The position numbers were made by a program, and so were the translations under genes. From NCBI GenBank assembly GCA_036679605.1, contig JAZDCZ010000040.1, positions 16,545-80,544 on the forward strand: 64,000 nucleotides of DNA, in the 5' to 3' direction. The notes beneath the pieces were generated by a model that was given only the letters and a program-made list of their open reading frames with translations, was not told the DNA's origin and ran no database searches. Source of the stretch: Gemmatimonadota bacterium (GTDB taxonomy: Bacteria; Gemmatimonadota; Gemmatimonadetes; Gemmatimonadales; GWC2-71-9). Shown here one piece after another: positions 9,065 to 18,600 of the stretch. Position 1 is the first letter of the stretch. Each line of letters begins with the position of its first letter.

Positions 9065-10243
9065 ATGGCTTCAAGAAATACGGTGTTCTCTAGAGTTTCG
9101 ACGGCATCCAGATTTGCGTGGACAGCTGTGGCCGCGGCAGTGCTTGCGGGTGCGTGCGGCGGTGGAGACGAAGGGGGGCGCAGTAACGCTCCAACTGGTC
9201 TAGGTCCCGATCCGACAGGCTTTGATCCGGGCAGCAACTTGAGTTGCGATCTGCCGGCAGAACTGCTGTTTGACGGCGGAGCCGCGCGGGACGGAATTCC
9301 TTCTCTGATCAATCCCCCACTGGTGCCGGTCGGCGATCCCGCACTTGCCTACCTCGACGAGTGGGCGGCTATCAAGGCTCAAGTGCCGCAGTTGCCGGAT
9401 ACCCGTGTGATAGGCATGGTGGTAAACGGCGAGCCGATCGCGATACCGCATAACATCCTTTGGTGGCACGAAATCGCCAATTTTGATCTGGGAGGAACAC
9501 GACTGGCGATCACTTTCTGTCCGCTGACCGGCAGTGCCATCGTATTCGACGCTACGGCTGCTGGAGTCAGCCGCTTCGGAGTGTCGGGACTGGTCTGGTC
9601 ACAGAACCTGCTGATGTTTGACGACGAGACCGAGTCCCTCTGGCCACAGATGTTCATGCAAGGTCGGTGCGGCCTTCGTACGGGCAAGAATCTGACTTCT
9701 GTGCCGGCGATCGAAATGCGCTGGGAGGTTTGGAAACAACGGCATCCGGATACACGTGTCGTCTCGGGAGATCTTGGGTTTGGTCGCGACTACGCTCGCT
9801 ACCCCTACGATCTCTATGAATCCGGCGAGTTCACGCTGTTTCCTCAGCCAGGACTCGATCGAACCCTGGGAGTCAAAGAGCGGCTGCTGGGCATTCCGGA
9901 CGGCTCCGGTGGAGTCGCATTTCCGTTTGCCGAGCTAGATGCAATCGGGCCGCTCGCGGTAGTAAACCGAACCGTCGCGGGGCTAGAGACCACTGTTCTG
10001 TGGGACAGAGAGGCGTTTGCCGCGCAGGGCTACGAACCCCGGACAGCGACTGGTCCGGCCACGCTTGAAGTGAACGGCAATACTTTGGTCGATCGTGAGA
10101 CCAGTAGCATTTGGACTGTCGAAGGAGACGCGATCGAAGGTCCCCGCCAAGGAGAGAAACTCATCGGGATCCCGCGAGCGTTCGTGGCATTCTGGTTTGC
10201 GTGGGCTGAGTTTCATCCGGATACCGAGATTTGGATCAACTAA
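9065..10243 (+). CDS. DUF3179-domain lipoprotein
   Basis: Lipobox LAGAC; RDGIPSL..P, ILWWHEIAN, TFCPLTGS, FGVSGL, ETESLWPQ, FWFAWAEFHPDT. Confidence 0.85.
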   Translation: MASRNTVFSRVSTASRFAWTAVAAAVLAGACGGGDEGGRSNAPTGLGPDPTGFDPGSNLSCDLPAELLFDGGAARDGIPSLINPPLVPVGDPALAYLDEWAAIKAQVPQLPDTRVIGMVVNGEPIAIPHNILWWHEIANFDLGGTRLAITFCPLTGSAIVFDATAAGVSRFGVSGLVWSQNLLMFDDETESLWPQMFMQGRCGLRTGKNLTSVPAIEMRWEVWKQRHPDTRVVSGDLGFGRDYARYPYDLYESGEFTLFPQPGLDRTLGVKERLLGIPDGSGGVAFPFAELDAIGPLAVVNRTVAGLETTVLWDREAFAAQGYEPRTATGPATLEVNGNTLVDRETSSIWTVEGDAIEGPRQGEKLIGIPRAFVAFWFAWAEFHPDTEIWIN

Positions 10244-10265
10244 GGAACCGATTTCCCCGTTCCAC

Positions 10266-10296
10266 GAAAATGCCACCCGGGATGGGTGGCATTTTC
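10266..10296. terminator. Rho-independent terminator (bidirectional type)
   Basis: GAAAATGCCACCC-GGGAT-GGGTGGCATTTTC, 13-bp perfect stem with A/T tracts. Confidence 0.85.
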
Positions 10297-10350
10297 TGTA
10301 TGTAGCGGGTTGTGAAACGGTCCGGTCCTGCCGAACTTTGTCCCTCGCTG

Positions 10351-10423
10351 GACCGGGTAGCTCAGCTGGGAGAGCAACGGACTTTTAATCCGTAGGTCGT
10401 GGGTTCGAGACCCACCCCGGTCA
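10351..10423 (+). tRNA. tRNA-Lys(TTT), CCA not encoded
   Basis: Acceptor GACCGGG/CCCGGTC, D arm GCTC/GAGC, anticodon arm ACGGA-CTTTTAA-TCCGT, T arm GTGGG-TTCGAGA-CCCAC. Confidence 0.97.
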
Positions 10424-10466
10424 TCGTAGTGCACCCATCGTTCCGGGGCGTGATCGTGTCTTGCAC

Positions 10467-10575
10467 GGTCGTGGGTTGATCTGCGGCGGCCTGCGGCCGT
10501 CCTCGATCCGCTCGCTTCGGGTCGGACGCTATCGCGGCCTCGCTCAGCTCCGCGTCGAGACCCACCCCGGTCATC
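10467..10575 (+). repeat. Copy of the tRNA-Lys 3' portion interrupted in the T-loop by a 78-nt insert
   Basis: 10467-10477 = tRNA 10395-10405 (GGTCGTGGGTT); 10555-10575 = 10405-10425 (TCGAGACCCACCCCGGTCATC). Confidence 0.85.
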
Positions 10576-10782
10576 CAGTTAGCAGATCTTCCCAGGTGCA
10601 TCTACGACGGCTGAAGCCGCCGCTCGGCTGTCTGTCGCTTAAAGCGACGTGGGAGCGTCAGTTTACTCGTGGGTTCCCGCAGGAATCGAAGACGGGACCG
10701 ACGGCACCGCCGAAACAATCCCCACCTGCACTTCGTAGATCAGAGAGATTTGGCGTGTTGCACTAGTTACCCCGGGGGCAGA

Positions 10783-13221
10783 ATGGGCACCTTATTACGA
10801 GATCTCCGCTACGGCATCCGGATGCTGTACAAGACGCCCGGCCTATCGGCCGTGGCGATCGTGACCATAGCGCTCGGCGTGGGACTCACGACTCACACAT
10901 TCAGCATCGTGTACGGCTCTGTGATCCGGGGGCTCCCCTACGAAGGGGCAGACCGTCTCATGTTCTTCACCGAGGACAAGCTCGTCGATGGCAATAACGG
11001 TATGCGGGTTCCCATTCACGACTTCGTGGACTGGCGGGACCAGCAGACGACCTTTGAGGAACTTGCAGCCCTGTACTCCGGCACGGTGAATCTGGCTGAC
11101 GAAGATCAGCGACCTGAGCGATTTCTTGGAGCCTTCGTAACCTCGAATACGTTCTCTCAGGCCGGGGTAATGCCGATTCTGGGTCGAGGATTTCGCGAGG
11201 GTGAGGACCTGGCGCAAGCCGCACCGACGATGGTGCTGGGGTACGAGGTCTGGCAGAATCGGTACGGTGGCGATCCCGATATTGTCGGCAAGACGATCCG
11301 GGCCAATGGGAGCATGTACACCGTGATCGGTGTGATGCCGGAGCGGTTCAAGTTTCCCTTCGACTCCGATGTTTGGTTGCCGTTGGCGATGAATCCAACC
11401 GAACTCGAGCGAGGTGACGGCATCAGGCTCGACGTCTTCGGCCGCCTGAAGGTAGGTGTTTCGATGGATCAGGCCGAGGCCGAGTTCGCCACAATCGCGC
11501 AACGGCTGGCTCAGGAGTACCCCGCCACCAACGATGGTGTGACCGTTGAGATAAAACCGTACACAGAAGAGTACATGCCGCGCCAGATCACGGCCGTTTT
11601 GTGGGCCATGTTGGTAGCCGTCTTCGGCGTGCTGCTCATCGCGTGCGCGAACGTGGCGAACCTGTTGCTCGCCCGTGCAGCCGGCCGGAGTAGAGAGGTC
11701 GCGGTCCGATCCGCGTTAGGCGCCAGTCGCGCCACGGTCATTCGCCAACTACTCGTGGAATCGCTAGTTCTTGCGGTCGTTGGTGGTGTCATAGGTGTGG
11801 GACTGAGTTATGTCGGCATCGCAGTGTTCAACGCGTCCATCATCGACATCCAAAAACCCTTCTGGATCGAGATCGACTTGTTTCCGCCCGTACTCGTATT
11901 CGCGATTGCGGTGACACTCGTCGCGAGCGTCGTGTCCGGCATGATCCCAGCGTTCCGTGCTTCTGGGACGCAGGTCCACGAAGTGCTCAAAGATGCCAGT
12001 CGGGGCTCGTCAGGGCTCCGGATGAGTCGATTCACCACCGCACTCGTCATCGGCGAAATCGCCGTCTCGTGCGCCTTGCTCGTTGCCGCGGGGTTTATGG
12101 TGAAGAGCATCATCAATGTGCAGAACGTCGAGATGGGGTTCGCGACCGAACAGATCTTGACCGCGCGGGTGGGGTTGAATGAGAACGACTATCCGGACAA
12201 CGAGAGTCGTTTGCGCTTCCACGAAGAACTCGTCCTAGGACTCGAAGCCCTTCCGGGGGCGCGGTCGGTCTCCCTGACCTCCAATCTTCCGGCGAGCGGA
12301 GCGGGAATGTTCTGGTACGGTGTAGAGGGGGAGGCGTATTCGACCGATCAAGACTATCCGTTCGCCAATCGGTCGGTGATTACCCCTGGGTTCTTCAGCA
12401 CGTTCGGTGTGAGCGTCTTGGAGGGCCAGGATTTCTCCGATCACGATCGTGCCGAGAGCATACCGGTGGCCATCGTGAACGAGAGCTTTGTCCGGCGGCA
12501 TTTTGCAGATGGTTCGGCAGTGGCCAGACGGATCCGGTTCGGCCGGTCAGATTCAGAACAGGCATGGCTTACGATCGTCGGTGTCGTTCCTGATCTGCAC
12601 GTGGGCGGAGGTGTGGGAGGAATCGGCAGTGACGATCGAATCCAAGAGCACGTGTACATTCCCCTCGCTCAAAACGCACGCGCCTTCATGAGTATCGCTA
12701 TCGCGACCGGAGCCGATCCGATGGCTCTAGCGCCATCCGTTCGCGGCGTGATCGTTGGGATCGATGCCAACCTACCGATCTACAATGTGGATACCATGGA
12801 GGGTGTAATCGAAACTTCTACCTGGGCATTTGGTCTGTTCGGGTCTCTCTTCGCCATGTTCGGCGGGATCGCGCTGTTCATGGCGGCAGTCGGACTGTAT
12901 GGAGTGATGGCGTTCTCGGTGAGCCGACGGACTCAGGAAATGGGTATCCGGATGGCCATGGGTGCGCGTCCGCACGCCATCGTGGGTCTGGTGCTCAAGA
13001 AGGGTTTCACACAACTCGTGATCGGTATGACCGTTGGGCTCGGGCTGGGCGCGGTGCTGTCGAGCCCGCTGCGGGTGATGTTGTTCGAGGTCAGCACCGC
13101 CGATCCGACGGTCTATCTGACGATCGTGCTGACGCTGTGCCTGGCCGGGTTTCTTGCCTGTATCGTGCCCGCCCGGCGCGCCACGCGTGTAGATCTTGTC
13201 GAAGCGTTGAGACAGGAATAG
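10783..13221 (+). CDS. Duplicated ABC permease (MacB/FtsX-like, ADOP type)
   Basis: DLRYGIRML.KTPG, LLIACANVANLLLARA..R.REVAVRSALGA, GLYGVMAFSVSRRTQEMGIRMAMGA, PARRATRVD. Confidence 0.93.
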   Translation: MGTLLRDLRYGIRMLYKTPGLSAVAIVTIALGVGLTTHTFSIVYGSVIRGLPYEGADRLMFFTEDKLVDGNNGMRVPIHDFVDWRDQQTTFEELAALYSGTVNLADEDQRPERFLGAFVTSNTFSQAGVMPILGRGFREGEDLAQAAPTMVLGYEVWQNRYGGDPDIVGKTIRANGSMYTVIGVMPERFKFPFDSDVWLPLAMNPTELERGDGIRLDVFGRLKVGVSMDQAEAEFATIAQRLAQEYPATNDGVTVEIKPYTEEYMPRQITAVLWAMLVAVFGVLLIACANVANLLLARAAGRSREVAVRSALGASRATVIRQLLVESLVLAVVGGVIGVGLSYVGIAVFNASIIDIQKPFWIEIDLFPPVLVFAIAVTLVASVVSGMIPAFRASGTQVHEVLKDASRGSSGLRMSRFTTALVIGEIAVSCALLVAAGFMVKSIINVQNVEMGFATEQILTARVGLNENDYPDNESRLRFHEELVLGLEALPGARSVSLTSNLPASGAGMFWYGVEGEAYSTDQDYPFANRSVITPGFFSTFGVSVLEGQDFSDHDRAESIPVAIVNESFVRRHFADGSAVARRIRFGRSDSEQAWLTIVGVVPDLHVGGGVGGIGSDDRIQEHVYIPLAQNARAFMSIAIATGADPMALAPSVRGVIVGIDANLPIYNVDTMEGVIETSTWAFGLFGSLFAMFGGIALFMAAVGLYGVMAFSVSRRTQEMGIRMAMGARPHAIVGLVLKKGFTQLVIGMTVGLGLGAVLSSPLRVMLFEVSTADPTVYLTIVLTLCLAGFLACIVPARRATRVDLVEALRQE

Positions 13222-13466
13222 GCAACCCTGGCGCGACAGCCCACCCGCAACCATTAGGACGGGGGGGCTCGTAACACCCAGTTGTCCCTACCCGTATGCG
13301 CCGCCCCCGCGAAGGACAAATCGTCATCGTGTTTAGTTGATTCAGACGTTCACTACTACGACAACTGCCCAGTCGGCGTCTTGCGCCGCTTCTCAGGGTG
13401 GCTCTTCCGCCTTAGTTTGTGGTACCGATGCCTTCCGATGCCCGTGATCAACCGCGCAAACACGAC

Positions 13467-15296
13467 ATGCGCCCCGCCAGCAACGTCACCGCCCACTCCG
13501 ATCATCGCGCGCCGCGAGATGAATCGCGAACTCCGGCTTCCGACATTCCGAGGCCTTTTGGATGGCTCGAGATCGGGCTGTGGTTTGCACTGGTGTTCGG
13601 CCTCGCCGAGGTGGCCATCCTGACTGTCCAGTACCTAGGCCTGGGAAAGATCATTAACCGCAGTATCTATTACGTCTGGATGACCCCAGCCTCGTATCTA
13701 ATAGTGATGATGATCCCAGCGGCCGTTCTCGCCGGGGTCGGTCGCTTGTGGGCACGTGCACGCCGACTGGAATCGGGTGTATGGGTCTTCGTGCTGGTCG
13801 GTGTGACGAGCATCACCGTGCTGCTCCTGTTGAAGCGTATCCACAATTGGGCACTTATCCTGTTGGTGCTCGGGGTGGCGGTACAGGGGACCAGAGCGAT
13901 CGTAAAGCGACGGGTTGGCTTCTGTGCTCTGGTGCGAAAGACAACGCCCTGGCTCGTGGCGGTAGTAGCAGGGCTCGGCCTTACAGAGCATGGCTGGAAA
14001 GCATGGTCAGAGAAACGAACTCTTGCCGGACTCGAGTTCGGAGTTGGCACTCAGCCCAATGTTCTTCTGATCATGTTCGACACTGTACGCGGAGCGAATC
14101 TCGGTTTGTACGGATATGAGAGATCGACCACGCCACAGCTCGAGCGTCTTGCCGCAAGCGGCATAGTTTTCGAACGCGCTTTGAGCCCCTCGCCGTGGAC
14201 GCTGCCCGCCCATTCAAGCATGTTCACCGGTCGACTTCCCATGGAGCTGTCGGCCGATTGGTTCGTGCCTTTGGACGACGAGTATCCCACGATCGCCGAG
14301 GTTCTGGCCGATCAGGGATATACCACGGCGGGGTTCGTCGGGAATCTGGACTACGGTACCTACCAGCACGGATTGAATCGTGGCTTCATCCATTATGAGG
14401 ACTACCGTATTTCCCTCGGCGAGATATTCCTGAGTTCTGGTATGGGGCGTTGGATCGGTGAGGCACCGGCCTTACGGCCACTGATCGGGACCGATCAGCG
14501 TCTTGGATTCAAGACGGCCGAAAGAGTAACAAACGACTTCCTTGACTGGGTCCGCCGCCCACGAAGCCAGCCATTCTTCGCGTTCCTGAACTTTTACGAC
14601 GCTCACGATCCCTATCTGCCGCCGGACCGGTGGTACCGGATGTTCGATCCCGAACGGCCTAATCGCCTGTCCAGATACGAGCGGGGCGATCTCGCCGACC
14701 TCACCGATGATCAGATTGCCTCTGAGATGGCGGCGTACGATGGCGCCATTGCCTACATGGATTATCAACTAGGGCGCCTGATCAAGGAACTGTCAGTGCT
14801 AGGTCTCGACAGCAACACGATCATGATTGTTACGTCTGACCATGGCGAGGAGTTCGGTGAGCATGGGCTATTTCGGCACGGTCATTCTCTGTATGCCAAC
14901 CAACTGTGGGTACCTCTGGTGATTTCCTTCCCCCCCCATGTCCCGGCGGGCATTCATGTCCAATATCCTGTGAGCCTCCAAGACATCGCGTTGACAGTGC
15001 TCGATCTTGTGGACGTGCCGGCGGGGCCGACCTTCCGGGGCTCATCGCTAACAACCACCTGGAGCGACTCGTCACGCACCGCCGGCGTAGTCATCTCGGA
15101 GTTACGCGGCATTGAGAACGGTCCGCAGCGTTACCCGTTCGCCCATGGCGATATGCAGTCAGTGGTGAGGGAAAACCGTCACTATATCGTTTATGGGACT
15201 GGGGTGGTCGAAGTATTTGACTGGTTGACGGATTTGGCCGAGCAAGCCGGCTCGGTAGCGGGAGTTTTGCCGCGCGCGGCGGTTACCGGCAACTGA
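13467..15296 (+). CDS. Membrane-anchored sulfatase-like hydrolase/transferase (alkaline phosphatase superfamily)
   Basis: N-terminal TM helices; PNVLLIMFDTVR, PWTLPAHSSMFTG, DAHDPY, YDGAIAYMD, TSDHGEEFGEHG; start uncertain. Confidence 0.88.
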   Translation: MRPASNVTAHSDHRAPRDESRTPASDIPRPFGWLEIGLWFALVFGLAEVAILTVQYLGLGKIINRSIYYVWMTPASYLIVMMIPAAVLAGVGRLWARARRLESGVWVFVLVGVTSITVLLLLKRIHNWALILLVLGVAVQGTRAIVKRRVGFCALVRKTTPWLVAVVAGLGLTEHGWKAWSEKRTLAGLEFGVGTQPNVLLIMFDTVRGANLGLYGYERSTTPQLERLAASGIVFERALSPSPWTLPAHSSMFTGRLPMELSADWFVPLDDEYPTIAEVLADQGYTTAGFVGNLDYGTYQHGLNRGFIHYEDYRISLGEIFLSSGMGRWIGEAPALRPLIGTDQRLGFKTAERVTNDFLDWVRRPRSQPFFAFLNFYDAHDPYLPPDRWYRMFDPERPNRLSRYERGDLADLTDDQIASEMAAYDGAIAYMDYQLGRLIKELSVLGLDSNTIMIVTSDHGEEFGEHGLFRHGHSLYANQLWVPLVISFPPHVPAGIHVQYPVSLQDIALTVLDLVDVPAGPTFRGSSLTTTWSDSSRTAGVVISELRGIENGPQRYPFAHGDMQSVVRENRHYIVYGTGVVEVFDWLTDLAEQAGSVAGVLPRAAVTGN

Positions 15297-15680
15297 CTAG
15301 AGGGTATCTAGTAATTGTAAGTTGTTGTAAGACAGCATGTTAGCGCGTATGGCGCCAAGTTTCGGCTGTACCTCGACCGAATTCGGCTGCCCCTTGTCCG
15401 AATACTGGGAATGCCGTGCGGGGTTGACGCCAAGCCGTAGAGGTTTCAGATTCAGGGTCCCAGGAGCCAGGGCCTTCCCTTCAGAGGGGCTCGGCTCCTG
15501 CCAAATAATGTTGACGGTGTTGTGAGAAATACAACAGCCGGGAGAGTGCGCGCGCCTCCCCCGCACGTTGTGTTGCATGGCAGTATGGTTTTTTGTTGGA
15601 AGCGCTTCAGCAATAGTTGTGGCGCTGCGGGGGGAGTTCCCCGCACACAGATGGATCACACTTTCCCGAAGGAGGAATGT

Positions 15681-18600
15681 ATGTTCCGAAAGTTGTTGTT
15701 AAACCGTGGCAGAGTGCTTGCACTCACCACACTCGCCTTATTCTTGAGCGTGGGTTCTGCGTTTGCGCAGCAGGGCCGCGTCGAGGGTACGGTGAGGAAT
15801 GCTCAGACTCGCGATCCGGTGGCTAACGCGCGGGTCACGGTCGTAGGCACCAGCTTGTTCGCGACGACGAACGAGAACGGCTACTACTCGATCGAGACAG
15901 TGCCGGTTGGGACCTACGACGTGCGAGTCCAGGTCATCGGCTTCCAGTCGGTGATTTTTACCAGGCAGCGTGTGGCAGTCGGTTTGCCCACCACCGTCAA
16001 CTTCCAATTGCAGCCGAGTATTCTGCGAATTGAGGGGGTGGTGGTGACAGGGGTAGCCGAGGCCACGCTGGGAATTAAGCTGCCATTCACCGTTGACCAG
16101 ATCAAGGGTGAGGATCTCCCAGTGCCGCAGGTCAATGCTGCCGAGTCCATACGGGGCAAGATAGCCGGGGCTAAGGTCATCAGGGGTGAGGGAACCCCGG
16201 GTAGTGGCGTGCAGGTTCTGCTGAGAGGCGCCACCAGCATCAACACCGCCGGCCGCAGCAATCAGCCGCTGTACGTGGTTGACGGTGTCATCCTCGGTGC
16301 CAATATGGTAGACGTCGATGCCTTGGACATCGAGACCATCGAGGTCGTAAAGGGTGCCGCCGCGGCCGCACTGTATGGTGCCCGCGCGGCCAACGGCGTC
16401 GTCTCGATCAGCACGCGTCGTGGAAAGAACATCCCGGACGGTGAATCTAGGATCTCTGTTCGCTCGGAGTTGGGCTCCAGCAGTATCGAGCACTTTATTC
16501 CGGAGCAGCGGTCGCACTGGTTCACGGTAGATGCTTCGGGGAACTGGCTCGGCAGACTGAGCTTGCCGGCCTCTGATCCTCGCTGTGGTGGCACTGCTTG
16601 CACCATCGACAGTACTGTGTCGGCAAGCGATCGCGCGTTGGCACTGCGCACCAACCCCAATTGGACCGTGCCGGACGACAATCAAATGAGCATTACGGAC
16701 TGGGATAACGACGGCGTCCCAGACACTAGCTTTTTTGCCGTGTCCGACAAAGCGTACGGTGGTAGGACGGTCTCGCAGTTGCGGGAGTTCTTCGACCCCG
16801 GCCAGTTCTTCCAGAACAGCGTGGCGATATCGCACCGTACGGGTTCGACGAATTTCCGGGCGTCCGCCCATGAGCTGAACGAGGACGGCGCCATCCAAGG
16901 TCTCGACGGTTACGTGCGGCGTGGAGCCCGCGTGAACGTCGATCACAAGGTCGGCACTACGTTCGACTTCAGTGCGAGCGGCTATTATTCGCAGTCCATA
17001 GCCGACGATCCGCAGGGTGGTGAGAATGCGTTCTTTGGGTTGAACTTCTACCCGATCGATGTGGATTTGACCGAGTTGAACCCCGATCCGCGCGATGACA
17101 ATGACTTCCTGATCAACCCCGATCCCACCATTGTGGAATCGAACCCGCTTTATTCAGCTCGGAACCAGGACGAAACCAGAACGCGCGGTAGGATTCTGGG
17201 AAGCTTCGGGATCCGCTGGCGGCCTGTTTCGGACTTCGACATTCAGGTTGCCTTCAGCTTCGACCGATCGGATAGGAACAGGACGGAGTTCTTCTTCAAG
17301 GGGTTTAGGACCACCGACGCTAGTTCCCTAAACTTCGGCCGCCTGACAAAGAGCAACGACATATCTCAGGCGATCAACGCCAGTATCGCCGGGACATACC
17401 GGAAGGCATTTGGCGACCTAAGCACGACTTTCAAGGCGCGTGCGTTGTTTGAGCGCGACAAGACCGAGTTTATCCGAGCCCGGGCCCAGAACCTGGTTGT
17501 TGACAACACGAGAGACCTGGACGTCGGTGACAATGCCTTGAGCACGATCACCGGAAGTAGTTCGGACAATCGTTCGTTTGGGTGGTTCGTGAGCGAGCAG
17601 TTGGACTACAAAGATCGTTACATCGCTGACGTGCTGATTCGGCGTGACGGCAGCTCGTTGTTTGGTGAAGATCAGCGCTGGCACTATTACTACCGGGTGA
17701 GTGGAGCGTACCGGATCTCGGAAGAGGACTTCTGGCCGTTCGGTGTTTTCGACGAGTTCAAGCTCCGCTATTCCAGAGGTACTGCGGGTGGTCGACCTAG
17801 ATTCAGCGCACAGTTCGAGACATTTGCTATTAACTCCGGTGCGGTTAGCAAGGGCAATCTGGGCAACAAGAATCTCAAGCCCGAAAAGGCGACCGAAGAC
17901 GAATTCGGCGTCGACTTCATCGTTGGTGGCAGAGTATCCGTAGAGATTACGCATGCCCGGAGCGAGGTTGAAGATCAACTTCTGCTGGTCCCGCTGGCCG
18001 GCTTTTTCGGGTTCAATAACCAGTGGCGGAACGCCGGCACGCTTGAGTCCCGGACCTGGGAAGGCACAATTCAGGCCGCGATTATTCAGAAGCCTGACCT
18101 GGGGTGGACATTCAACTTTGTCATCGACCGTACGCGGCAGACGATCACGAAGTTCAACCTGCCGGCGTTTAGGACCGGTCCCGGCAATTCCTTCTTCGTA
18201 CGCGAGGGCGAGAAACTGGGAACGATGTACGGAGATAAGTGGGCTAGCAAGTGCAGTGACCTGCTCACTACGACGGGATTCGGATCTGGCAACTCTTGCC
18301 TTGCCGAGAATGGCGGCAACTTCGACGTCAACGACGAAGGTTTCCTCGTTGCCGTTGGCACCGGAAACCAGTTTACCGACGGAATCGGCAAGAGCTTCTA
18401 CGGTTCGAAGATCGACATCGACGGTACGACGTTCACGTGGGGTTATCCGATCAGGTCCAATGGCATCACCGTGACGACGTTGCCTGACGGCACGGTCTTC
18501 ACCGATACGACGCAGTTCCTACAGATCGGTCGTTCAACGCCTGACTTTAATTTCGGAGTCGGCAACACGGTGCGCTACAAGGGTTTCTCGCTGTACACGC

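Noticed and set aside
8350..9093. Phe/Leu/Ala-rich apparent membrane protein on the plus strand
   Set aside because: Mirror of the Lys-rich repeats (AAG/AAA read as CTT/TTT); the SWIB gene on the minus strand has an RBS and a real domain.
9065..10243. Selenoprotein read-through in DUF3179 or the neighbouring redox cluster
   Set aside because: The candidate redox positions are ordinary Cys codons, and no in-frame TGA interrupts these ORFs.
10426..10575. Second intron-containing functional tRNA
   Set aside because: No acceptor 5' strand or D arm matching the duplicated 3' half; only a partial copy exists.
15738..16946. 402-aa minus ORF inside the SusC-like gene (and similar nested ORFs at 33767-34675 and 61388-62350)
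   Set aside because: Antisense frames of strongly supported genes; no independent evidence.
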